Part shown: positions 1 to 9,632 of the stretch, one piece after another
Layout of the letters: every line of letters starts with the position of its first letter
How positions within the stretch are numbered: position 1 is the first letter of the stretch
DNA from: an uncultured bacterium
GTDB taxonomy: Bacteria > Babelota > Babeliae > Babelales > Babelaceae
NCBI GenBank assembly: GCA_963722385.1
Contig: CAVRKK010000002.1
Span: forward strand, 1,120,001-1,184,000
Length of the DNA stretch: 64,000 nucleotides
Reading direction: 5' to 3'
Program-made: the position numbers and the translations under genes
The notes under the pieces: generated by a model
Seen by the model: the letters and a program-made list of their open reading frames with translations, nothing else
Told to the model about the DNA's origin: nothing
Databases searched by the model: none

Positions 1-4
1 CTTA

Positions 5-289
5 TTATTGTGGGACGTTTTCTTCTATTTCGCACGTAACTTTATTGCCGTGACGTACATATTTGCCTTTTAATGAACCAATAGAACAATTCCACCCCTC
101 ATGAACACACCAATGGTCCTCGGAACAGATACCACTTATATAAATAAATGGACAGACAGCCCCTTTTGTTTTTGCACAATAAAATGACTGGCATTTGTCG
201 CCTGGGCGAGGACAGCTATTGTATGGCTGGGCAATACTGATTCCTGCTGTTAATAAAAAAGTAGCGGTAAGTAATAAAAATTGATGCAT
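5..289 (-). CDS. Small secreted 8-Cys protein (paralog of 316-612)
   Basis: ATG at 289 preceded by AGGAG; signal peptide MHQFLLLTATFLLTAGISIA; Cys spacing shared with neighbour. Confidence 0.75.
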   Translation of the reverse strand: MHQFLLLTATFLLTAGISIAQPYNSCPRPGDKCQSFYCAKTKGAVCPFIYISGICSEDHWCVHEGWNCSIGSLKGKYVRHGNKVTCEIEENVPQ

Positions 290-315
290 AGCATACTCCT
301 TAACAATTACGCTCG

Positions 316-612
316 TTACTTTTGATCGCCAGGAACGCATGTGACAACATTATCAATAAGTTCATAATGTCCCTCGGGGGCAAGACCCGTCAAAGGATTC
401 ACGCTGCAGGCGCTGCCAAGAGCAACACAGTAGTGGTCTGCGTTGCAGTAACCACGTACTACAACAGTTTGAGGACATATTTCGCGCTCACAGGGCAAAT
501 TTGTAAAGCATGGAGCATTTGGCGTTGTGCATGTTTGTGGGTGAACGATCACAGAAAGTGCCTGCATAGAAAAAACACAAGCAAGAATAAATACGGCAAG
601 ATAGCGTTTCAT
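316..612 (-). CDS. Small secreted 8-Cys protein (paralog of 5-289)
   Basis: ATG at 612 preceded by AGGAG; signal peptide MKRYLAVFILACVFSMQALS; shared CP..G.C..DH.CV..G..CS..VTC pattern. Confidence 0.75.
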   Translation of the reverse strand: MKRYLAVFILACVFSMQALSVIVHPQTCTTPNAPCFTNLPCEREICPQTVVVRGYCNADHYCVALGSACSVNPLTGLAPEGHYELIDNVVTCVPGDQK

Positions 613-772
613 AGCTAAGTCTCCTTTTTTGGTAAAGCTTAGTAATCTAAGCGACACAGGCTCTGTTGATTGCTTATTGTGCGCTTATAATATTAATATA
701 TAAATAATGCTTTATAATAGTCAATAATTTTATGAATGTATATTGAGTTCTCGTTAAGATATCAAGCGAGCA

Positions 773-1804
773 TTAAGTTGCAGATCCGATAATAGCGGCG
801 AGAATTTCCTCAGGTAGTAACCCGCCTTGTTCACTCTGGTAGTGTGCTAAAGTAAGTTTTTCGCGTCTTCTCTGGGATGCCTGGAGGATTCTCGTGGCAA
901 TTTCTTGGTAATTCTTTTTTTGTTCGGCGCTGAGTGAGCGGCTTTTAAGTAATCCTTTGAGGTAAGCACGTGCCTCGCTAAGGTCTATATTGATATTAAA
1001 TTGTAAGTCGCGATCGAGAATTTCTTTAACGATCGGTAGATGGCCTTGTGCGCCAGCGCAAGCCAATGAATGACTGAGCGCTTCTGCCCAATCCGGCTTA
1101 TTTTGAGCAACATCAAGAATCATGGTGACTATCTTATTATTGCCGAGTAAAGCTGCTCGTTCTAAAGCCTCGTGTAAATCTTGATCAGAGGCCAACTCGG
1201 CCTTAATAATGATATCAACGGTATGAGTAAGCCCGTATGCTGCTGCCAACATTAAAGCCTGCTTAATCTCTCTAAATGTTGCCATTTCAAAAAGACTTAT
1301 TGCTTGTTGTTCATCGTGGGCAATGATTGCTTGATGTAAAGGTGACGGAAAGATATCAGCTATAATTCGCTTAAATTGAGGATCATTTCTATTAAAGTGA
1401 GCACCGTGCTCGACAAAGTAGCGGATTATATCCTGTTTTATACGATATTGCTCTGATGGTTCCTTTGTCTCATTCAGAGCCTTGAGGGCCCACATGATGG
1501 GTTGATAATGCCCCGTGCAGCCAAAGGGGGCATTGATGTCGGCGCCATGCCTAACAAGCCACTTCAAGAGAGGCAGGTGCTTATTATAGGCGGCCACATG
1601 AAGAGGTTTCATGCGGGAAGAGTTAGGTTCATTGAGATCGATGCCTTGATTAAATAATTTTTCTACAGTCTCGATTTCACCACGCCCGATCGCTGCGTCG
1701 AGTTGCAGAGCAGTTGGGGGAGCCTCCATGCTATATAACGCTGGAAAGCCTAACGAAAGCACAATTATAAGTAATGCATATAGCGGCGATCTTTTTGTTA
1801 TCAT
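773..1804 (-). CDS. Secreted ankyrin-repeat protein with C-terminal F-box-like motif
   Basis: Signal peptide; PLHVAAYNKHLPLLKWLVRHGADINA ankyrin; C-terminal LLPEEILAAII. Confidence 0.85.
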   Translation of the reverse strand: MITKRSPLYALLIIVLSLGFPALYSMEAPPTALQLDAAIGRGEIETVEKLFNQGIDLNEPNSSRMKPLHVAAYNKHLPLLKWLVRHGADINAPFGCTGHYQPIMWALKALNETKEPSEQYRIKQDIIRYFVEHGAHFNRNDPQFKRIIADIFPSPLHQAIIAHDEQQAISLFEMATFREIKQALMLAAAYGLTHTVDIIIKAELASDQDLHEALERAALLGNNKIVTMILDVAQNKPDWAEALSHSLACAGAQGHLPIVKEILDRDLQFNINIDLSEARAYLKGLLKSRSLSAEQKKNYQEIATRILQASQRRREKLTLAHYQSEQGGLLPEEILAAIIGSAT

Positions 1805-1819
1805 TTTTAATCCTATTTA

Positions 1820-2980
1820 TTAACCTTTATAACCTTTAGAAGGCGCCCGTAAAAAGCTTAATATGAAATATATTAATTCAAGTGGCAATTGAGGCAGTGC
1901 CATTTGAGGCGTTGCAACTCTTGAAGCTTTTCTCACTTCTATGGCGTCAAGTAAAAGGTTACGCAGCGCCGTATACTGTTTGACTTCTGAAGCGGTTAGT
2001 GGTGAGTTCGATGCTAACGTTTGATGCATACGCAACAGATTAGTAATATACTCGCCTAAGGGCGTAAGGTCAAGGCTTAATCCTTGCGTAAAAGCTGTAT
2101 TAAGGATAAACGTTACCAATGGAATATTGCGCCTAATCCCGCTAATATAAAGCGCTTTGCTTAAGGCTTCCTCCCATTCAGCTTCTTGGAGAGTGCCGAT
2201 TGGCCTATTATTTACAATAAATTCATAAATGGAAGCGATGATAAATTGATTATCTGAGTAAGCGCCGCCGATGAGGGCTGCTTGTAAAGAAGCATCATCT
2301 ATTGCCATAGGAAATTTATCCAAGATATCTCTAACCAGAAATTCTTGATTTTGTTGAGCAGCTAACTGTAATGCATCGTTAATAAGGGCTTGTTCAGAAG
2401 GAGAAAGCTCATGGGCTTGGAGCAAACCTAGCAGGTGTTCGATATCCTGTTCATGACGTAACGCAATAGCAAGGAGTAATGGTTCGCTAAAGATTTTGTT
2501 TATTTTCGGGGCATCTTCTTCAGTTGGTTGAGCTCCGCGCTCGATAAGGTGCCTCATAAAATCAGGTGATTCTGTTGAACAAAGGGGATGTATCCCAAAA
2601 AAGTTAGTACTATTAACATTGGCTCCATATTCGATAAGCAATTTTGCAACGTCAAACTGGTTGTTCTTGAGTGCATAATGCAAAGGGGTTTCGCCCAAAT
2701 TGTCCACCGCATTTACCGACGCACCATGTTCGATAAGCCACCGTACCATGGGAAGATGGCCACCAGCTGCCGCATGATGGATTGCCTGTGCCTCGTCTCG
2801 CTCTTGCGTATTAATCTGAGCACCGGCATTAAGAGCATGGTCAGCAGCTACGATGTCGCCGTTTTTGGCTGCCTCAAGGAGCTCTTGGTTGGGTATGGTA
2901 GGCGCGGGTGCCTCCATGCCATGAAGGCTTGCCGCTGCTTGAATAATTAAAATTAGAAATATATTTCTGAAATTCACCAT
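1820..2980 (-). CDS. Secreted ankyrin-repeat protein with C-terminal F-box-like motif
   Basis: Signal peptide; GETPLHYAL..NQFDVAKLLIEYGANVN ankyrins; C-terminal LPQLPLELIYFILSFL. Confidence 0.88.
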   Translation of the reverse strand: MVNFRNIFLILIIQAAASLHGMEAPAPTIPNQELLEAAKNGDIVAADHALNAGAQINTQERDEAQAIHHAAAGGHLPMVRWLIEHGASVNAVDNLGETPLHYALKNNQFDVAKLLIEYGANVNSTNFFGIHPLCSTESPDFMRHLIERGAQPTEEDAPKINKIFSEPLLLAIALRHEQDIEHLLGLLQAHELSPSEQALINDALQLAAQQNQEFLVRDILDKFPMAIDDASLQAALIGGAYSDNQFIIASIYEFIVNNRPIGTLQEAEWEEALSKALYISGIRRNIPLVTFILNTAFTQGLSLDLTPLGEYITNLLRMHQTLASNSPLTASEVKQYTALRNLLLDAIEVRKASRVATPQMALPQLPLELIYFILSFLRAPSKGYKG

Positions 2981-3288
2981 ATTCTCCTTTTCAGAGTAAG
3001 TTTTTCAAATCTACAAACTCGTATTTATTGTAATAATACCATTTGTAAAAACAACCAGTCAAGTAAAAAATTAATTGTCAATTCTAAAAATTATTGGCAG
3101 AGTAGCACGAAATACTGAGCAATTAAGCGGTTTCACGCCAAGCAGCGTTATCGAAGTATTGATACCAAGCAAGAATATGCTTTTTTTGGGCTTATCTGTT
3201 GGTGCCAAAAATTTTGTTGTGCTTGGACTTCTGTAAAAACCGGTGTATTTTATAAAGTATCTTAATATTTTTTAGTAGGGAGAGGCGA

Positions 3289-4740
3289 ATGGCGCTTTGG
3301 TCAAATATACAGGCAGTCGTCTTGGCAGCTGGAAGATCGGCCCGTTTTAAAACAGAGCAAAGCAAGCTTAGTTTTTCGATATGTGGCCAGGAGATGGTCT
3401 TATATCCTACCAAGCTTTTGCAAAAGCTTGATATACCGATCACTTTTACCGTTGGGTATCAAAAAGAGGTCGTACAAGGCATCATCAAGAATAGCGGCAT
3501 TGAAGCTAATTATGCTGAGCAGCTTGAGCAGAAAGGAACAGGACATGCCCTTTTGTGCTCACGTCCTTTTTGGTACGCTGACCATATTTTGGTGATGCAT
3601 GGGGACACTCCCTTGGTCGCGCAGGATATTCTTGAGGATTTAATTAATAAACATCTTGCCAATCAGGCTACGTTGAGCTTTGTAACTGCTCATAATAGCG
3701 ACCCAGAGCTTATAGGCTACGGGCGCATTATTCGCGATAACGGAGGAATCAAGGTCCAGGAGCATTTTGATCATCAACGCGATGTGAGGCAGCAGTGCTG
3801 CATTAATGCTGGCATTTACCTGATCAAGCGCTCATTCTTAGAAGCAAGCATTCATCTGATCGGCCCTTATCCTCAATCGGGAGAGATGAATGCGCATGAG
3901 CTGATCCGCATAGCAAGCGCTCAGGGCTTAAAAGTTGAGACAGTTCAAGCGCCATTTGATTATATTCGTGGTGTTAAGACGCTTAAAGAGCTCTGGACAG
4001 TTGAGCATATCAAGCGGGCAGAGCTCATTACCTATTGGATGTCGCAAGGTGTTCGATTTGCCGCGGCGCAAAATGTTCATCTTGATCACGATGTTATTAT
4101 TGGCCCTGATACCTCGATCGGGTCGGGAGTTATTTTGCTTAAGGGTACGCGGATCGGATCCCATTGCGTGATTGATGCGTTTTCTTATATTAGCAATAGT
4201 GTTATTCAAGACTATGCTGCGGTCTTGAGCCACTCGGTCATTTATGACTCGATTGTGCAGCAACAGGCAAAAATTGGACCATTTGCCCATTTGCGCAAAG
4301 AGAGCACGATCGGTTTGAGCGCAACAATTGGCAATTTTGTTGAGGTGAGCGCAAGCAGTGTTGGCCCTTATTCGAAGGCAAAGCATTTAGCCTATCTTGG
4401 CAATGCGCAAGTCGGCGCAAATGTCAGAATTGGCGCGGGAACGGTTACCTGTAGCGACGATGGCTTTACCAAGCATACCACGGTGATAGGTGATGGCGCA
4501 TGCATTGGTGGCAATAGTTCGCTGGTGGCGCCGCTTTCCATTGGGCGTGAGGCGTTCACGGTGTCTGGTTCGACATTGACCGAGTCAGTACCTGATTATA
4601 CCTGTGGTAGTGCACGTTCACCCCAGGTCAATAAAGAAAACTACGGCTATGCGCGACGACTGCCATGCCTGTCTGAACGGAAAGGACATCAGTGTATTTC
4701 GTTACAATGCGCTCCTGTACCGGTTCCTGAAGTTATATGA
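3289..4740 (+). CDS. glmU: Bifunctional UDP-GlcNAc pyrophosphorylase/acetyltransferase GlmU (divergent)
   Basis: LAAG, Q.EQKGTGHAL, GDTP, INAGIY, hexapeptide repeats, IGPFAHLR, IGNFVEV, KAKHLAYLG. Confidence 0.9.
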   Translation: MALWSNIQAVVLAAGRSARFKTEQSKLSFSICGQEMVLYPTKLLQKLDIPITFTVGYQKEVVQGIIKNSGIEANYAEQLEQKGTGHALLCSRPFWYADHILVMHGDTPLVAQDILEDLINKHLANQATLSFVTAHNSDPELIGYGRIIRDNGGIKVQEHFDHQRDVRQQCCINAGIYLIKRSFLEASIHLIGPYPQSGEMNAHELIRIASAQGLKVETVQAPFDYIRGVKTLKELWTVEHIKRAELITYWMSQGVRFAAAQNVHLDHDVIIGPDTSIGSGVILLKGTRIGSHCVIDAFSYISNSVIQDYAAVLSHSVIYDSIVQQQAKIGPFAHLRKESTIGLSATIGNFVEVSASSVGPYSKAKHLAYLGNAQVGANVRIGAGTVTCSDDGFTKHTTVIGDGACIGGNSSLVAPLSIGREAFTVSGSTLTESVPDYTCGSARSPQVNKENYGYARRLPCLSERKGHQCISLQCAPVPVPEVI

Positions 4741-5984
4741 TTCGCTTTATTCACACGGCCGATATTCATTTTGGCGTAGAAAATTATGGGCGGACGGATG
4801 CTAAGACGGGTATTCATACACGGTTACTCGATTTTTATAACGCACTTGATTTCTGTGTTGAGCGCGCAATTAGCGAAAATGTCGACTTTTTTTTGTTTGC
4901 TGGCGATGCGTATAAAACGGCGCATCCAAGTCCAACGCAGCAAAGGCTTTTATGCGCCTGCTTCCTCAAGCTTTTTAAAGCGGGCATTCCGCTCGTTATT
5001 GTTGTTGGCAACCATGATAACCCATTGAGCTTTGGCAAGGCGCACGCCCTTGAGCTTTTTGGTCAAATTCCTCTTGAGGGCTTTCATGTTGTATCAAAGC
5101 CGACCTCGTTCACGCTTGCCACCAAGAGCGGGCCTGTACAACTGGTTGGAATTCCGTGGCCGTCACGTACGACACTTGCGCTCAATACCACCCATATGCA
5201 ATCTTCTACCAGCGACGTTTCCTCATACATAAGCGCTGCGGTAGCTGAGATTATCCAAGCATATGCGCGGGAGCTTGACCCATCAACGCCGGCTGTCTTG
5301 ACTGGCCACCTGACGGTAAGTTCGGGAATTTTTTCGGGCTCAGAAAAGCGCGCGATTTTTGGCAATGACCCCGTGTTTCTCCCCTCGCAATTAGCATATG
5401 AACCCTTTGATTATGTTGCGCTTGGACATCTTCACCGGCATCAGAATCTTAATGAGCAGGGGCAAATACCGCTTGTCTACGCTGGCTCGATCGAGCGGGT
5501 AGACTTTGGCGAGCGAAAAGAGGAAAAAGGGTGCTGCCTTGTTACGATTCATGATAAAAAGAAAACAACCTACGAATTTATCAGGACACCTACGCGCCGA
5601 TTCTTGCAAATCGACGCCTATTTGGAAGGTGCTGAAAGCCAGACAGACCAAATTCTTGCCCAGCTTGCCGAGCATGAGCTCGAAGATACCGTGGTGAAAA
5701 TCGTCTATCATGTACAGGCCGGGAAAAAGGATCGCGTTGATACAGCTGCACTACAACGAGCATGTATGGGTGCGCACTACCTAGCTGGCATAATTCCTGT
5801 GCGTATCCCCGAGGCGCGAGACCGACGCGTACAACTTCAGGTTACAATGGACCTTGCACAATTACTTGATGCTTATTTCCAGCTCAAGCCGGAATGGCGC
5901 GACAAGCGCTCCTCGCTTATTGAAAAAGCCCGCGCTCTTGAGGTTGAGCTTGAGCAAGAGATTGCCGATAAGAGCGCTCTTTAG
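4737..5984 (+). CDS. sbcD: Exonuclease SbcCD subunit D (Mre11-type metallophosphoesterase)
   Basis: HTADIHFG, AGD, GNHD, YVALGHLH, YAGS..R.DFGE motifs. Confidence 0.9.
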   Translation: MIRFIHTADIHFGVENYGRTDAKTGIHTRLLDFYNALDFCVERAISENVDFFLFAGDAYKTAHPSPTQQRLLCACFLKLFKAGIPLVIVVGNHDNPLSFGKAHALELFGQIPLEGFHVVSKPTSFTLATKSGPVQLVGIPWPSRTTLALNTTHMQSSTSDVSSYISAAVAEIIQAYARELDPSTPAVLTGHLTVSSGIFSGSEKRAIFGNDPVFLPSQLAYEPFDYVALGHLHRHQNLNEQGQIPLVYAGSIERVDFGERKEEKGCCLVTIHDKKKTTYEFIRTPTRRFLQIDAYLEGAESQTDQILAQLAEHELEDTVVKIVYHVQAGKKDRVDTAALQRACMGAHYLAGIIPVRIPEARDRRVQLQVTMDLAQLLDAYFQLKPEWRDKRSSLIEKARALEVELEQEIADKSAL

Positions 5985-6055
5985 CGAATGTAAAGAGGTT
6001 TGTTTCATTAAAATAGATATGGTAGATTGTTAAAGATACTTCAAGGAGAATTTCT

Positions 6056-7849
6056 ATGTTTTACCCCCTATCCTCTTTCTGTTTTATGGTAACGGTAGCG
6101 GCATCGTTAGTTGTTGCTATGGAAGAATCGGAAAATTCAGCGATATCGCAAGTTCGCGAGAATCCTGGAAGCGAACTTTCTAGAGAGCTTGAAGAAATAA
6201 TACAACAATGTAGAACGACAGCAAGCTGCCTGAGATTATTTTCTGGAGAAGATACTATAATTAATGACAACGCTCGATTTAACGAGATGCCTCACAACGC
6301 TTCTTCTAGCATAACAAATTATGCAAGCCAGGCTGAGCTTTTTCAAGCGGTGAATCCTTTGGGTCAAGGAGATGTTGAGCGTGCTCGACGAGCAATTGAA
6401 CACGGTGCTTCTGTGAATGTACGCGATAGTAATACGCAACGGACTCCATTACAAAAGGCTGTTCAAACAGGGAATATTGAATTGGTTAAGTTTCTCCTTG
6501 AGCAAGGGTCGGATGTTCATGCCTTTGAAAGAGAGAATCCATCCTTTACTCATGGTTTTCCCATGTCGGTAAACTCGCTCTATTATGCGCTCTTTCCTTG
6601 CTATCAATCACGTACTCATCAGCATTTTGCTATAGCGCAAATGCTTCTTGATCGGGGGTTGAATATACATATTTTGGCCCCGGATGGATCCCCTCTTTTC
6701 TACAAGGCTTTGCAAATGGGCGATCAGAGCCTCGTTGAATGGTTTCTTGAACAAGGTGTGCTGCTTGATTATGCCTATGATGGTGTACATACACCTGTAG
6801 AATATGCCTGCTTGTGTAATCAATGGGATTTAGCTCGATTTCTTATTGAAAAATATCCTTGTAGTGTTGATGGTAGAATGGAAGCAAAGGAGAGCCAAGA
6901 GGAAAGAGAGGAATATTATACGCCGCTTTATTATGCGACAGATGCTCAAAATCACGAGTTTGTTTGCTGGGTTTTAGCAAGAGGAGCTACAATTGATCGT
7001 GAGGTAACTCAACTTCCTATTACCGTACCTCTCCTTAAAGTATTTGTAGAATATGGTATACCTCTAGAAAATATGCTTGAGATAGCATTTCTTGGTGTGC
7101 TTGATTATGAAGCACTAGGGTTATATGATGAAAGAGACGTAGCAGAATCAGCTTTATGGCTTCTCATACATGGGGCTCGTGTTGCTCATCAAGAACTAGT
7201 ATGCTTTATGAATGCTAAAGATGACATAAGAAAGGGCAAAAAAATTAAAGATAGATTGCCCGACTATGTCTGGTTAATTATCCAAGGCCACCCTGATGAT
7301 GCTCTAGCTCAAATTAAAAAGGTGCTTGAGGAAGCTAAACCCCTTAATGAAACATTGCTAGCCTTTTTGGGTAATGCTGCTACGGCAGCTTCTGCGCGAG
7401 GGTATCTACCCTTGGTCCAAGATATGCTTGATAATCTTCAAGAATTTTTAACAGAGTCACTTTTAAAAGATATGTTTATAGGTGCCGTACTTGGTAACTG
7501 CAGCAATAGTATTGAGTTTATTGTAAAGTCTCTGCCTATGCAGGTGCCTATGGTATCTAACTGCCTGGCGCAAGCACTTGCCATAGCTGCTGCACAAAGG
7601 AAAGTGGAACTTGTTATTTCTATTCTAGCGCTTATAAAAGAGTACAATCTTATTGTACCACTTGAGCCGATTAGTGCATTTATTGAGGCTTTATCTCATA
7701 AAGAGGAAAGATATCTATCCGCTCTTCTCAGTAGAGAGGATAAGTCTGAGTTTAGTGAAGGCCGTGAGTACATGGTGCAAGCATATCGGACGGCCAAAAC
7801 TCATTTAGCAACTATACATGATCTTCTTAGAGAGAGTGGATCTAAGTAG
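6056..7849 (+). CDS. Secreted ankyrin-repeat protein
   Basis: Signal-like N-terminus; RTPLQKAVQTGNIELVKFLLEQGSDV and further ankyrin repeats. Confidence 0.85.
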   Translation: MFYPLSSFCFMVTVAASLVVAMEESENSAISQVRENPGSELSRELEEIIQQCRTTASCLRLFSGEDTIINDNARFNEMPHNASSSITNYASQAELFQAVNPLGQGDVERARRAIEHGASVNVRDSNTQRTPLQKAVQTGNIELVKFLLEQGSDVHAFERENPSFTHGFPMSVNSLYYALFPCYQSRTHQHFAIAQMLLDRGLNIHILAPDGSPLFYKALQMGDQSLVEWFLEQGVLLDYAYDGVHTPVEYACLCNQWDLARFLIEKYPCSVDGRMEAKESQEEREEYYTPLYYATDAQNHEFVCWVLARGATIDREVTQLPITVPLLKVFVEYGIPLENMLEIAFLGVLDYEALGLYDERDVAESALWLLIHGARVAHQELVCFMNAKDDIRKGKKIKDRLPDYVWLIIQGHPDDALAQIKKVLEEAKPLNETLLAFLGNAATAASARGYLPLVQDMLDNLQEFLTESLLKDMFIGAVLGNCSNSIEFIVKSLPMQVPMVSNCLAQALAIAAAQRKVELVISILALIKEYNLIVPLEPISAFIEALSHKEERYLSALLSREDKSEFSEGREYMVQAYRTAKTHLATIHDLLRESGSK

Positions 7850-8187
7850 ATGAACCCTTTGATTATGTTGCGCTTGGGCATCTTCACCGGCATCAGAATT
7901 TTAATGAGCAGGGGCAAATCCCGCTTGTCTACGCTGGCTCGATCGAGCGGGCAGACTTTGGCGAGCGAAAAGAGGAAAAAGGGTGCTGTTTTGTTACGAT
8001 TCATGATAAAAAGAAAACAACCTACGAATTTATCAGGGCGCCTACGCGTCGCTTTCTGCAAATCGACGCCTATTTGGAAGGTGCTGAAAGCCAGACAGAT
8101 CAAATTCTTTCCCAGCTTGCTGAGCATGAGCTCGAAGATACCGTGGTGAAAATCGTCTATCATGTACTGGAAAAAGGATCGCGTTGA
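7850..8187 (+). repeat. Duplicated internal fragment of sbcD (copy of about 5398-5740)
   Basis: Near-identical direct repeat starting ATGAACCCTTTGATTATGTTGCGCTTGG, with scattered substitutions and a small deletion near the end. Confidence 0.92.
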
Positions 8188-8291
8188 CGCCGTGTATCTT
8201 GAGGGGGCGAGCCTGTTAAAGGGCTTGATTTTTTAGTATGACCATGTTAGCTTTCCGACTCAGAAGAGAGTTATCATTTAGGAGAAAAAGT

Positions 8292-8850
8292 ATGACAGTT
8301 ATTAAGCGCTTATGATGGAAATACTCTTGCCGCTGGTACCCGCAATTTAATTCGATCATATCTATTAATAATAACGGAGGAGCTACTCAGATTTATACAA
8401 GATCCGGCTCAATCTGGGCATATCAAGCCACGTTAACTCAAGCAAATAATTCAGGTCAAGAAGGTTATTCCGTAGCTTTAACAAAGGATGGCAATACTTT
8501 GGCAGCCGGTGCCCTTTTTTCATAAATGGAGCTATTCAGATGTATACTAATACAGACAATAGCTGGCAATACAGCGGTACGCTCACTCGAAACTCTACAG
8601 GATCTGGGGAAGGGTGGTCAGTAGCATTACCTGTTAATGGTACTATTGTAGTAGCAGGCGCACCCTTTTTGTATGGTGAAACAGGAGGGATACAGGTGTA
8701 CGTTAAATCAGGTGAAAGTTGGAAATATCTGACTACATTAACGCAAGGAATACAAGGCGACAATGAAGGGGGTTGTCGCATTATCTGCCAATGATACTAC
8801 GCTAGGGTAAGCTCTAATGGCAATGGCACTCTAGTTTATGTCGCAAAGTA
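8292..8850 (+). pseudogene. Degraded FG-GAP/beta-propeller repeat gene
   Basis: Fragments in different frames: AYDGNTLAAG, GYSVALTKDGNTLAAGA, GWSVALPVNGTIVVAGAP; frameshifts and stops. Confidence 0.5.
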
Positions 8851-8924
8851 GCCTATACAAGAGCGCATAAGCATTACAAAAACAATAGAAGCGATTAATA
8901 TATCTTCTAGCGCTTATTGGCAAA

Positions 8925-9419
8925 CTATTCTAATGCGCCCTTTGCTACCGCTTCTTGAGGAGTTATAGAGAACTTATCTTTAAAATTATCAGCCAGCTGG
9001 GCTTTAGCCTTTTGTTGTGCTGATGTTTGAGTTGGTAAAGTATCCCAAACCCATGCGAGAACATATGCTGATTGACACGGTGGCATTGCCATCTGTTGGC
9101 AATTGACTTGGGGTAAATCTGATAAAATTGCTGTCGACCTTGAAATTACCAAATTTTCAGATGGGTAGGCGTTATAATGCTCCCTGAAAAGCTGTTTTAT
9201 TTGTTGCTTTCTTTCTGTGTTCGGTAAAAGCTCAAAGCAAAAAGATACGTCTTGGGATGGCATAGTTTTGTATACCATTGCCTTTTCCACAAAATCAAAT
9301 TTATTTGGCGCTCTGAAAAATGCTTGCGTGTTATTGAGCGTGATTTGATTCTCATATGATATGGCGTAACACTTGGCTACGAATAAAGTTAAGCTCATCA
9401 TATAAATCCATCGAGCCAT
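8925..9419 (-). CDS. Secreted hypothetical protein
   Basis: 164-aa ORF, AGGAG RBS, signal-like N-terminus. Confidence 0.65.
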   Translation of the reverse strand: MARWIYMMSLTLFVAKCYAISYENQITLNNTQAFFRAPNKFDFVEKAMVYKTMPSQDVSFCFELLPNTERKQQIKQLFREHYNAYPSENLVISRSTAILSDLPQVNCQQMAMPPCQSAYVLAWVWDTLPTQTSAQQKAKAQLADNFKDKFSITPQEAVAKGALE

Positions 9420-9632
9420 GGTATCTCCTTGTATTAGTTTCTATTTTTCTTATTTATTTCGTCTTATATTGTAATATTATATTAGTAAGATTCTATAAAA
9501 AATTACAAGAGTAATTAAAAGCGATTGCTGATTTCTTTGCCCGAGCACTTACTAAAGGTTTCCTTGAAATGAGGAAAGATTTTCGATAATCTATCATTAT
9601 TCCAAGGAAAGAATAAGGGAGAGGCTATCAAA

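Noticed and set aside
7801..8163. ORFs 7850-8149 (+) and 7801-8163 (-)
   Set aside because: Alternative frames of the sbcD duplicate; the same shadow ORFs occur inside sbcD.
5398..8187. sbcD duplicate as a DGR template/variable repeat pair
   Set aside because: No reverse transcriptase in the window, and the differences are not restricted to adenines.
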